Source: Myxococcota bacterium (GTDB taxonomy: Bacteria; Myxococcota_C; UBA6777). Taken from it: a stretch of DNA of 33,300 bases. Below are positions 25,370 to 33,300 of the stretch, one piece after another. The notes beneath the pieces are model-generated. The model saw nothing but the letters and a program-made list of their open reading frames with translations, was not told the origin of the DNA and did not search any database. Position 1 is the stretch's first letter. Every line of letters begins with the position of its first letter. The DNA is taken from assembly GCA_023150835.1 (NCBI GenBank), contig JAKLKB010000004.1, positions 124,001 to 157,300 of the forward strand. The letters are read 5' to 3'. Position numbers and translations under genes: made by a program.

Positions 25370-27364
25370 CTACCAACGCTTGCGGCGTTCTTCTCGCCGT
25401 TTTTTTCGTTCTTCCCGCCACCGCGCAAACAGTCCTTTGGGCTTGTCTTTGGGGATCAAGCCAGCGTTGCGTTGAATGCCTTTCTGAAAAGGTCGCAGTA
25501 TCGGGTGTTTTTCAATCAAGGCATCTAAAAACCCACGAAGAAACCGACGAGACAACATCTGCATCAGGCGGGGATTCATATCCGCAAGCAGATGACTATC
25601 GACGGAAAATCCCGTTTGAAGGGCGTATCCATTCGGGAGTTTTCGCACGTGCTGGTTGACGATGCCTGACAAGATGCCGAACAACGCTTTTTTGAAGACC
25701 TGTTTGTTTTGTTTCACCACCCCCACATCAAGCTGATGTACTCGAAATTGGGCTTGGATGCGCGTGCGTTCGTTGGAACGAGGCGAAAGATCGAGACGTG
25801 CGGTGATCAGACCTTTGTTGATTTGAAGGGGGGTTTTTTGCTGATCGATAAAACGGTTGAGCAGCGTGGAAGGGATGCGATGAACGATCAGGCGATGGTT
25901 GTGTTCCGCTTGTTTTTGTGAAGAGAAGCGCACCCCGCCATGCCCCAAGACCCACGCTGATCCTTCGGCAGAAAAAGGACGAGCCAGCAGATAACGGATA
26001 TCGAGATCACGAACATCTGCTTGCACGCGATTCATTTGGATCTGTACACGGCGCGGGGGTTTGGAAGGATCTTTGCGATCGCGCAAGGTGAAGTGCAAAC
26101 GGACTTCGCCTTCTTGGACTTTGGCATGGCGCATCTGCAACCACGGCGGTTTGCGATGATGACGAGGCGGGTGAGTGCGTTTCTTGAGAAAATGCAGCGT
26201 AAAGATCGGCTTTTGCGCCACAACATCGTCAAGAGCGATGATGCCATACAACAACGGCCACATCTGGATCGTCGCATCGGCTTGCGGGATCTCCAAACGC
26301 ATCTGTTGATGGGGTTCTTGGCTTTTTAAGACAAATCCGCGCAGGCGCACAGAGCCTTGCAGATCTTTCAGATCCGCTTGGAGATGGCTGATCTGGAGAT
26401 CGCGCTCGCGCCCCACTTCAAGCCGATGCTGCATCGAAAAGCGCCCGCCCTCGATCACCAACGAAGACAGGCGCGGCGACAACAGCGTAAGCGTTTGGCG
26501 CAACGCTACGGGATCTCGCGGAGGATCGGGGGGACCGCTTCGCACCAGCCGCACCGCCGGTCCGATCAGCCGAACGCGTTCCAACGCAGGAGACGGAGCC
26601 AACAGCGCATCCACATCCAAAGCCAACTCCCCTTCGGGTATTTGGACGGACAAGGTTTGCTTCTTCATACTTACGGATGCTTCGGCTTGTTTTATCTTCA
26701 CACGACCTTGCATCCTCGCTAACGTCGCCTCCACCGAACCCACACGCACCACGATCTTTTGGGGCTGATGTTGCTCAAACAACATCCGACCTTCCGCGAT
26801 CTCCAGCCGCTCGATCACCAACAAACGCGACCGAAACTTCTTCATCGCTTCTTGCATACGCTTGACTTGCGCCCGAACACCCGATGCTCCGCCCTGTTTG
26901 AAAGAGGCGCTACCGCCCGATGCTTCGCCCTGTTTGAAAGAGGCGCTACCGCCCGACGCACCGACGTCTTGAGAGGACTGGAGCGTGATGTCCTGCGTAG
27001 AGACGCCCCGCAAGATACGGATCTGGGGTTGCTTGACTTGGACGGAGGCAAGCCGCCGACTTCCGAGCAACACCCGCCAGATCGGCAGGCGAACGGCTCC
27101 CTCGGAGGCTTGCAAGGAAAACGAGGTCTCGCGCTGCACCCGCAACAACCGAAAAGATCGCACACGCAAGACTCCCGAAAAGATATCCGCTTCGACCACT
27201 TTTCCTGAAACACCATGCTCTTTTAGCCGATCCAACGCCATCTGCGCCAACGCGATCGGAAACAACAACCCCACCCCGACAGCGCCCAACCCAAGCAACA
27301 AGCCCCCCCCAACAAGCCATCGCAACCATCGAAAGGATCGCTTTTTTTCTTTGTTTTCACTCAT
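25370..27364 (-). CDS. AsmA/DUF748-like membrane-anchored envelope protein
   Basis: Basic N-terminus plus one TM helix, then repeated beta-rich units (..P.IRI.R...IERLEIAEGR..F). ATGA overlap with the upstream gene. Confidence 0.65.
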   Translation of the reverse strand: MSENKEKKRSFRWLRWLVGGGLLLGLGAVGVGLLFPIALAQMALDRLKEHGVSGKVVEADIFSGVLRVRSFRLLRVQRETSFSLQASEGAVRLPIWRVLLGSRRLASVQVKQPQIRILRGVSTQDITLQSSQDVGASGGSASFKQGEASGGSASFKQGGASGVRAQVKRMQEAMKKFRSRLLVIERLEIAEGRMLFEQHQPQKIVVRVGSVEATLARMQGRVKIKQAEASVSMKKQTLSVQIPEGELALDVDALLAPSPALERVRLIGPAVRLVRSGPPDPPRDPVALRQTLTLLSPRLSSLVIEGGRFSMQHRLEVGRERDLQISHLQADLKDLQGSVRLRGFVLKSQEPHQQMRLEIPQADATIQMWPLLYGIIALDDVVAQKPIFTLHFLKKRTHPPRHHRKPPWLQMRHAKVQEGEVRLHFTLRDRKDPSKPPRRVQIQMNRVQADVRDLDIRYLLARPFSAEGSAWVLGHGGVRFSSQKQAEHNHRLIVHRIPSTLLNRFIDQQKTPLQINKGLITARLDLSPRSNERTRIQAQFRVHQLDVGVVKQNKQVFKKALFGILSGIVNQHVRKLPNGYALQTGFSVDSHLLADMNPRLMQMLSRRFLRGFLDALIEKHPILRPFQKGIQRNAGLIPKDKPKGLFARWREERKKRREERRKRW

Positions 27365-28179
27365 GCCCCTCTCCGCTCTGTTCGTGCCATCCACGCAAGA
27401 TGCCCCATCTCCCACAACGCTTGCGAAAGATGCTGCCCAAATAACCCCGAATATCCTTGCGCTTCCCAACGACGCAACGGATACTCCACCGTTCTTCGGT
27501 TGGTCTCTTCCACTTGAACCTGCAACCGCAGCAGCACCTCCGATTGCCACAACAGCCTACACGCAAAGGGCTTTTCTAAAGCCCGCAACACGGCTGCTGA
27601 GGGCAAAAAAGCTTGCGTAAAACACAACGTATCATACGTCGCGATATCCAGCGCAAGACTAATCCCCGTCGCCAAGATCCGCTCATAATAAAGCTGCACC
27701 AACGAACGCTTGATATCCCGTCCCAACAAGCGCAACCGCACAGCCATCACATGATCCACGCCCCGCGTTCCCCGCAAAACGCCGAGCATCCCGTCGAGAT
27801 CGGCGACATCCACTTCGCCCTCTGCATCCCAAAAACAGCCTGCCACCGCACCTTCCGAAAAACTCCACAACAACCCCTCGCGCACAGCCTCGATCATCTC
27901 CGCAGAACGCACCACAAACGCTGCCTTCGCACGATAAATCCCGTGTATACGCCCCTTTCCCACTTCGGCCAGCCGCTCACCGATCTGCCCAAACTCCCCC
28001 TCCAACAACCCCACCACCACCACATCCACCAACGGCATCGACACCAACGCTTTTTCCATCCAACGCATCTTGCGATCCCAACGCTCTCGACCCGCAAAAG
28101 GCACCACCAACGCGATCCGATCTGCCAAACGACCCATCCATCCGACCTTTCTTTCTTCGACTTCGCCCAATCCACCCAA
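27361..28179 (-). CDS. GT2 (polyprenol-phosphate glycosyltransferase-like) fold protein with degenerate catalytic motifs
   Basis: EAVREGL, CFWDAE (for xDAD), RLRLLGRDIKRS..YYERILAT, YDTLCF (for YDTQCG), EYPLRRW. Alternative ATG at 28137. Confidence 0.65.
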   Translation of the reverse strand: MGGLGEVEERKVGWMGRLADRIALVVPFAGRERWDRKMRWMEKALVSMPLVDVVVVGLLEGEFGQIGERLAEVGKGRIHGIYRAKAAFVVRSAEMIEAVREGLLWSFSEGAVAGCFWDAEGEVDVADLDGMLGVLRGTRGVDHVMAVRLRLLGRDIKRSLVQLYYERILATGISLALDIATYDTLCFTQAFLPSAAVLRALEKPFACRLLWQSEVLLRLQVQVEETNRRTVEYPLRRWEAQGYSGLFGQHLSQALWEMGHLAWMARTERRGA

Positions 28180-28203
28180 TATCTCTTCTCAACACCGAAC
28201 GTA

Positions 28204-28316
28204 TACGATATCCAAGTGATCTGTGATCGAAGGAGAGCGCGTAGACGCCCTCTGCTCGGACAGCAACAGGGGGCTGCCCCTACATTCTTACGATCACACA
28301 ACGGGCGGATTTCGTA
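28204..28316 (+). mobile_element. MITE-A copy 8
   Basis: TACGATATCCA...GGGGGCTGCCCCTAC...CGGATTTCGTA. Confidence 0.85.
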
Positions 28317-28319
28317 TGA

Positions 28320-28478
28320 TGCAGTGGTCAAAAAAAGCCGTGTCACGAACGCCCAAGCGACAGAGTCGTTGTCTTGAAAGATCTGCGATCTCTTCGCCAA
28401 CACGGGGTCAAGGGGCGACAGTTCACGGCGGAGTCTGGTACCTCGCCCCACAAAATAAGCCCAGCTGCGCCAGTCCTA
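28320..28478 (+). mobile_element. MITE-B copy abutting MITE-A
   Basis: Core plus a degenerate right TIR CAGCTGCGCCAGTCCTA. The left end TGA-TGCAGTGG resembles TTA-CGCAGTTG. Confidence 0.78.
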
Positions 28479-28481
28479 TCA

Positions 28482-29252
28482 TCAAAGAGCTTTGCGGCGG
28501 CACAACGCCCACACACTTAGCCCCGGCAAACGCACTCCCTTTCGCTCCATCCATAACAACAAACGATTCTCCATTGTCAAACCATCGGATATCACTTCCG
28601 TCAACCCATCTCCGCCGCTCCAAGCCCCGATCCCACCGCCTGAAACGGACTTCCCTACAAGCTGACGCAGCTTCTCCAACAACACCGAGACTCCACGCGC
28701 TGGCAACAACGAAGCAAACAGATATCCCCAACGCACAGGCTCCAACCCCGCCCCCACCAACACAGGCTCCAGCGTCTCCCATCGATACCGCCGATAATGC
28801 GCCAAAAAACGATCGTGCTGCGCAAACAACAACTGAAACGCTGGAACCGTCACCAACACGTACCCATCCGCACGCAAACCATGCTCTACATAACGGCGCA
28901 ACAAACCAAGATCATCAGGAATATGCTCTAACACATCCAACAACAGCAACAACCCAAACCCCCTAGCCTCCACTTCTTCCACATCCCGCACAAAACGCGC
29001 CCTCGGATACTCCCGCAACAACGCGCTGATCTCTCCATCCGTAAGCGCAGGATCGACCCCCACCCAACGCGCTTCTCCGCGCAATCCTCGACACACCTCT
29101 GCCGCCGTAAACCCATCTCCACACCCCACATCCAACACCTGCAAACCCGCCGCAAGCGGCACATCCGCCACGATCTCCGCCAAAGTCCGTGCCCGCGCAA
29201 TCTCCCACGGATGACGCCTCTTCCCCTCCAATCTCGCCTCTTTCAGATCCAT
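28482..29252 (-). CDS. Class I SAM-dependent methyltransferase
   Basis: RHPWE, VLDVGCGDG, LLDVLEHIPDD, VTVPAFQLLFAQHDRFLAHYRRY. AGGAG SD. Confidence 0.92.
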   Translation of the reverse strand: MDLKEARLEGKRRHPWEIARARTLAEIVADVPLAAGLQVLDVGCGDGFTAAEVCRGLRGEARWVGVDPALTDGEISALLREYPRARFVRDVEEVEARGFGLLLLLDVLEHIPDDLGLLRRYVEHGLRADGYVLVTVPAFQLLFAQHDRFLAHYRRYRWETLEPVLVGAGLEPVRWGYLFASLLPARGVSVLLEKLRQLVGKSVSGGGIGAWSGGDGLTEVISDGLTMENRLLLWMERKGVRLPGLSVWALCRRKAL

Positions 29253-29287
29253 TCACGCTCCTGCTTTCTTTTTTCTCTTGTCTTCTC

Positions 29288-29440
29288 GTAAGATTTATGC
29301 CAGCGAATTTTTTGGTGGGGCGCTGCCACACACCCCGCAAGGGACGTTCGCCCCTTGACCCCGTATCGGCGAACAGATCACTGTTTTTCAAACCAACAAC
29401 TCCGTCGCTTGAAGCATCACAAACACGGGGGGTTCCATCA
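29288..29440 (-). repeat. MITE-B core copy (minus strand)
   Basis: GTGGGGCGCTGCCACAC.CCCCGCAAGGGACGTTCGCCCCTTGACCCCGTATCGGCGAA...TTTTTCAAA...GTCGCTTG...AACACGGG. Confidence 0.82.
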
Positions 29441-29460
29441 GCCCATTTCTACCGTCCATC

Positions 29461-29547
29461 ATCTTTGCGCCGGCCCGCTATCTTTACACCTGCTCGCTAT
29501 CTTTGCGCCGGCCCGCTATCTTTACACCTGCTCGCTATCTTTGCGCC
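29461..29547. repeat. 38-bp tandem repeat (2.3 units) spanning the stop codon of the Cys-rich gene
   Basis: ATCTTTGCGCCGGCCCGCTATCTTTACACCTGCTCGCT at 29461 and 29499, partial at 29537. Confidence 0.9.
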
Positions 29548-30662
29548 TTGGTGTGCTTCTACCGCGCTTTCTTCGATACAACAAAAATACCCAAAACCCA
29601 AGCCCCCACATAGACATCCCTTCCGCGCCAACCCATCCACACAAGCATCCCGAAGCGCGCACCACAAACCCCGAATCTCTCGTTTCTTCCGATCTTTCCA
29701 CCTCCATCGCTGTTTCTCCTGCCCCTTCCACCGCTGTTTCCCCCTCCGCCTCGCCCGCGTCCCCCACGATCGTCTCTGTAGGCTCGACACAACGCCCGCC
29801 CAAACACGGCCATCCTTCGCTACATCGCTGATCGCACCCCCCACAATGCCAATCATCAAACATCAAATCGACACAACCTCCCCCACAACGCTGCGAACCC
29901 GGCGGACACACCGAAAGAATCTCACAACGACCTTTGATGCAGTCCTCTCCCAAACCACACGCCCGACCGCACGCCCCACAATGCAGCCGATCGCTCATCC
30001 CATCGACGCACTGCCCCCCACAGATCTGCTCACCTGCTGCGCAACGCCCCTTACATCGGCCACCTTCGCAGATCTCATCCTCGCCACAATCCTGCCCGCA
30101 CGCCCCACAATTCGCCGCACTTTTCTGTAGATCCACACAAACGCTCTCGCACAAGGTCTCGCTTCCCCCACAACCTTGACCCACACAAACGCCTTTCTCG
30201 CAACGTCCGCCTGCTTGGCACGCCTTCCCACAAGCCCCACAATGCGACGCTTCCATTTGAAGATCCGCACACACTGCACCACAACGCACCCAACCTGCCC
30301 GACAATCTTCGATGCACACACCTTGCGTACACGTCTGCCCCGCAGCACAGGCCCGATCACATCCTCCGCAATGGATCGGGTGGGTCTGTAGATCCACACA
30401 GAGCGCACCACACAAGCCTTGCCCCGCCGAGCATTGGGCGCTGCTCGTGTAGCGGATCTCCACCGCAAAAGCATCCACCCAAGCGTCGCTATCGCGCTTT
30501 CCGCCCGGATGACGGTCCTGTCTCGCTGTACCCGGGATCTCCATCATCAACGATCTTTTCCCACGCGCTTTGCGCCTGCGCCTCCCCACAACCCCACGCC
30601 CACACCAACACAAAGACCACCCCCATAAACCAGAACTTCGTCGCTTGTATCGTCTCGGCCAT
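29522..30662 (-). pseudogene. Cys-rich repeat cell-surface protein with a MYXO-CTERM-like tail, frameshifted near 30510
   Basis: AAGGAG + ATG 30662 gives a signal peptide (..EAQA-Q) and IVDDGDPGYSETG, stopping at 30489. Five CVDL....HCG.C repeats and SGCLC-TM-RRKR lie in another frame (ORF 29522-30772). Confidence 0.75.
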
Positions 30663-30762
30663 CGTTCGATATCTCCTTGACAGCGCGGATCATCACCGCC
30701 AACCTCACACCACCCCATCCTCCCAAACATCCATAACCCACACCAAACTGCAAGGTATTTTG

Positions 30763-31476
30763 ATGACCACAACCCAACAGCCTACCACTCCACCTCCGAC
30801 ATTTCCCAAAGCCGTTCTTCGCGTCGCGCTCATGACCCTGTTTGTGGGGGTCCTTCTCTTCGGTGCATCGGGTGATATCTATTGGCTCGGCGCTTGGATC
30901 GTCTTTGGTCTGATGATCCTTAACGTCGTCTCGAACATTGCGATCATGGCATTCCTCCATCCCGACCTGATGCTTGAGCGGATGCGTTGGAAAGAACACG
31001 CCAACGCCAAAGCATGGGACAAAAAGATCATGCCGCTGATGGCGGTGTTTGGCTCGCTTTCCATCCTCTTGGTCAGCGCACTTCAGCACCGCTTTGCGCC
31101 TTCTCTGACTGCTCCTTGGCAATTACTTGTAGGAACGAGCCTCATGTTGCTCGGACAGATGTTTGGGACATGGGCGGTGGCCTCCAATCGCTTTTTCTCA
31201 GCCATCGTACGCATCCAAACCGACCGAGGCCACGTGGTGATCGATCATGGCCCCTACGCGATCGTCCGTCACCCCGGATATGCTGGAGCCTTTCTGGTTT
31301 ATGTCGGCCTCCCTTTGCTCTTGGGGGCTTGGTGGGCTTTTGTGCCTTCGGCCTTTGCGCTCGGTTTGCTGTTCTACCGAACTGCCCGCGAAGATCAAAC
31401 GCTGTGCGAAGAACTCGACGGATACGCTGCTTACACTCAACGCGTCCGATCTCGCCTATTCCCCGGCCTTTGGTGA
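30763..31476 (+). CDS. Isoprenylcysteine carboxyl methyltransferase (ICMT/PEMT) family membrane protein
   Basis: NRFFSAIVRIQTDRGHVVIDHGPYAIVRHPGYAG, RTAREDQTL...GYAAYTQRVRSRLFPGLW. Confidence 0.92.
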   Translation: MTTTQQPTTPPPTFPKAVLRVALMTLFVGVLLFGASGDIYWLGAWIVFGLMILNVVSNIAIMAFLHPDLMLERMRWKEHANAKAWDKKIMPLMAVFGSLSILLVSALQHRFAPSLTAPWQLLVGTSLMLLGQMFGTWAVASNRFFSAIVRIQTDRGHVVIDHGPYAIVRHPGYAGAFLVYVGLPLLLGAWWAFVPSAFALGLLFYRTAREDQTLCEELDGYAAYTQRVRSRLFPGLW

Positions 31477-31518
31477 CAGAAAGAAATCCATCGCCCCACC
31501 CGCAAAGCCCCGCGCACC

Positions 31519-32400
31519 CTACTTTTGCAGCTTTTTCGACAGACTCGGCTCGCGCATCATCGACCGAATCGACTGGATCTCCTGACGCAGACGCTGGATC
31601 TCCTTGGCTTGCGCCTCCACAAGCCGCTTTTGTGCCTCAACAGCCCGCGATTGCGCCTCCATTACCTGCTTTTGTGCCTCAACAGCCCGCGATTGCGCCT
31701 CCATCACCTGCCGTTGCGATGCAAAGGCCCGCGCTTGCGCTTGCATCGAAGCCACCACCATGCTCGTGTATTGATACAGATCCACCATGCTGCGTTTCGC
31801 ATCCACTGCCGGACTTTCGGGTTGATCTTCAAGAATAAATCCGAGATGCTTTTTGCTCTTGCTTGGATCAAAGGTGTAGCGATAGGTCGCAAGCCGAAAG
31901 CCCATCAACGTACGGTAGATAGCTTCTTGCTCGTGCGTTTCAAGATAACGGATATCGCGCTTCAAGCGGCGCGTCGAGATCGGGCACCCGCCCACTTGTT
32001 TCTTTGGGTCGGTCTTGCTGCACAAAAACAGTTGATTGCACGAATTGATCGGATCGCACTTCTCTCCCTCGCTTGTACACGTCGTCCCTTCTTTTTGGCT
32101 GGTACAAGCGCTCACCCCTTGTTGCGGGCGATGCCCACCACACGCGGGATCTCCGCAGGTCGTGTACCACTTCAATTCCCCAGCCTCATCGCTCACAACA
32201 CCATCGCTCACAACACCATCCGCAATGCCATCGCTCACAACACCATCCGCAACGCCATCCGCAATGCCATCATTCACACCACCATCCGCCGTCTTTTCGC
32301 TCTGCACTTTTTCCTGATCCACAGGACTTACACAAGCTTGGCTGCCCAACCACAGCAGCAGTCCCGCGCACACAAACAACACGCTCTGCAAACGCGCCAT
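31519..32400 (-). CDS. Lipoprotein with a small Cys-rich domain and a C-terminal Peptidase_S74 (intramolecular chaperone/autocleavage) domain plus coiled coil
   Basis: Lipobox SQAC. CPISTRRLKRDIRYL (S-x-x-R-x-K), LATYRY, LGFILED, VDLY...VASMQ. Heptad repeats follow. Confidence 0.85.
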   Translation of the reverse strand: MARLQSVLFVCAGLLLWLGSQACVSPVDQEKVQSEKTADGGVNDGIADGVADGVVSDGIADGVVSDGVVSDEAGELKWYTTCGDPACGGHRPQQGVSACTSQKEGTTCTSEGEKCDPINSCNQLFLCSKTDPKKQVGGCPISTRRLKRDIRYLETHEQEAIYRTLMGFRLATYRYTFDPSKSKKHLGFILEDQPESPAVDAKRSMVDLYQYTSMVVASMQAQARAFASQRQVMEAQSRAVEAQKQVMEAQSRAVEAQKRLVEAQAKEIQRLRQEIQSIRSMMREPSLSKKLQK

Positions 32401-32587
32401 CAAACACCTCCCTTCATTTCTTAGAAGAACCGCGCTCTCCCGCGCAAGCCTTGCTCTCTTTCTTCACGATATCGCACCTAAAAAAGTATAGGCAGCCAAA
32501 AGAAAAACTGATAGAAGAAGATTTGCTCTTCTTTTTTGCTTGTTTTCTGTATTTTTCCTCTTTTTTCACCACAAAATCATGTAAAAA

Positions 32588-32752
32588 TAGAAGTAATCTA
32601 GTTGCAAAAAACTCGCGCTCGCGGAAGGTCTAGCGGCAGCGCTGTTAGCCTGAAAAACACCTGTTTGCTCCGCCAATACAGGGTCAAGAGAGCCGCGCTC
32701 CCTTGCGGGGTCTGGGGCAGCGCCCCATAAAAACCATCCAACTCGCGAGCAT
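32588..32752 (+). repeat. MITE-B copy (highly degenerate)
   Basis: AGTTGCAAAAAA...TGAAAAAC...AATACAGGGTCAAGAGAGCCGCGCTCCCTTGCGGGGTCTGGGGCAGCGCCCCATAAAAACCATCCAACT. Confidence 0.75.
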
Positions 32753-32888
32753 CCGCAGCGATCTCTTCAAACAGATCGCTAACAAACTCACGCAAACCCT
32801 GATCGAAGCAGAACAAAAACTGCTCCAACAACTCGAAGAACTGGCTCGAAACGAACTCAACGCTCTCTCTGAAATCAACCAAATTTAA
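32745..32888 (+). pseudogene. Possible 3' remnant of a helical/coiled-coil gene whose 5' part is replaced by MITE-B
   Basis: Protein-like text SIRSDLFKQIANKLTQTLIEAEQKLLQQLEELARNELNALSEINQI* has no start codon outside the repeat. Confidence 0.35.
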
Positions 32889-32997
32889 TTTTTTTCACCT
32901 TCTGCAACGTTTTTTTTCCACCCCTAAGGCAATCTCGTTTGGGAGACATCACCCGCAACGCGATCCGCACGATCGTTTTTGCCGAAGGGAACACAAC

Positions 32998-33300
32998 ATG
33001 GGAAAAGAACACACCTCTCCACAAATCCCCACCCTCGATCCCAGCGAACAAGCCGCCGTTATCATCGAGACCTACCTACGCAAGCACTACAACGACAGCC
33101 TCGCCGAAGAAGCCTCCGCTCTTTGGAAAGCCTTTCACCACGAACAGCCCCTGCGCTTCCGCAAAGCCCTTTCTCACGCCGCTGCTTTTCTTTGCGCGTT
33201 CTTGCGCCTGCGCCTGACCTATCCCCCCCAACAACAGGCCATCCTCAAAGAGCTACAGATCTCCACCCACGCCGTCGCTCGCTTAATTTCCCGCTACCAC
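32998..33300 (+). CDS. Hypothetical protein, runs off the window (helical, possible cyclin/TFIIB-like HTH segment)
   Basis: ATG 32998 follows AAGGGA. MGKEHTSPQ...ALWKAFHHEQPLRFRKALSHAAAFL...QQAILKELQISTHAVARLISRYH, no stop. Confidence 0.7.
   Translation, partial: MGKEHTSPQIPTLDPSEQAAVIIETYLRKHYNDSLAEEASALWKAFHHEQPLRFRKALSHAAAFLCAFLRLRLTYPPQQQAILKELQISTHAVARLISRYH

Noticed and set aside
30663-30772. N-terminus of ORF 29522-30772 as the real start
   Set aside because: It has no signal peptide or SD and overlaps the divergent ICMT gene start. A better start exists at 30662 in another frame.
1-33300. Numerous antisense/alternative-frame ORFs; tRNA, rRNA, transposase, integrase or attC sites
   Set aside because: The shadow ORFs overlap well-supported genes and lack motifs. 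No recognisable RNA gene, recombinase or RYYYAAC...GTTRRRY attC structure was found by eye.

Overview
Bacterial chromosomal window, most likely from a Myxococcota-type genome. This is inferred from a Sig-70_gmx1-like sigma factor divergent from a zinc-finger Ser/Thr kinase, a Cys-rich repeat protein with a MYXO-CTERM-like tail, and a Peptidase_S74 lipoprotein. It holds about 28 genes, including hutG-hutF, glpD, several hydrolases, a methyltransferase/GT2-like/AsmA-like cluster, and a ~1190-aa four-domain RNA end-processing protein (MJ1316 + EEP + 2H + eukaryote-type poly(A) polymerase). Many intergenic spaces contain small non-autonomous elements: MITE-A (~113 bp, TACGATATCCG-type TIRs, T-N-A flanks, internal GTAG-type REP hairpin, 8 copies), MITE-B (~170 bp, AGGACTTACGCAGTT TIRs, covarying hairpins, 10 mostly degenerate copies), MITE-C (94 bp, 2 copies with perfect 3-bp TSDs) and a 250-bp GAGGGTGTC-ended element carrying the MITE-B core. 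These elements nest in one another and sit next to many gene remnants: hicA, a DUF6036-like nucleotidyltransferase tail, a DNA methyltransferase N-terminus, a SigZ-like half sigma factor and a frameshifted surface protein. No transposase, tRNA, rRNA or CRISPR array is visible. Family assignments are from motif recognition by eye, not database searches.
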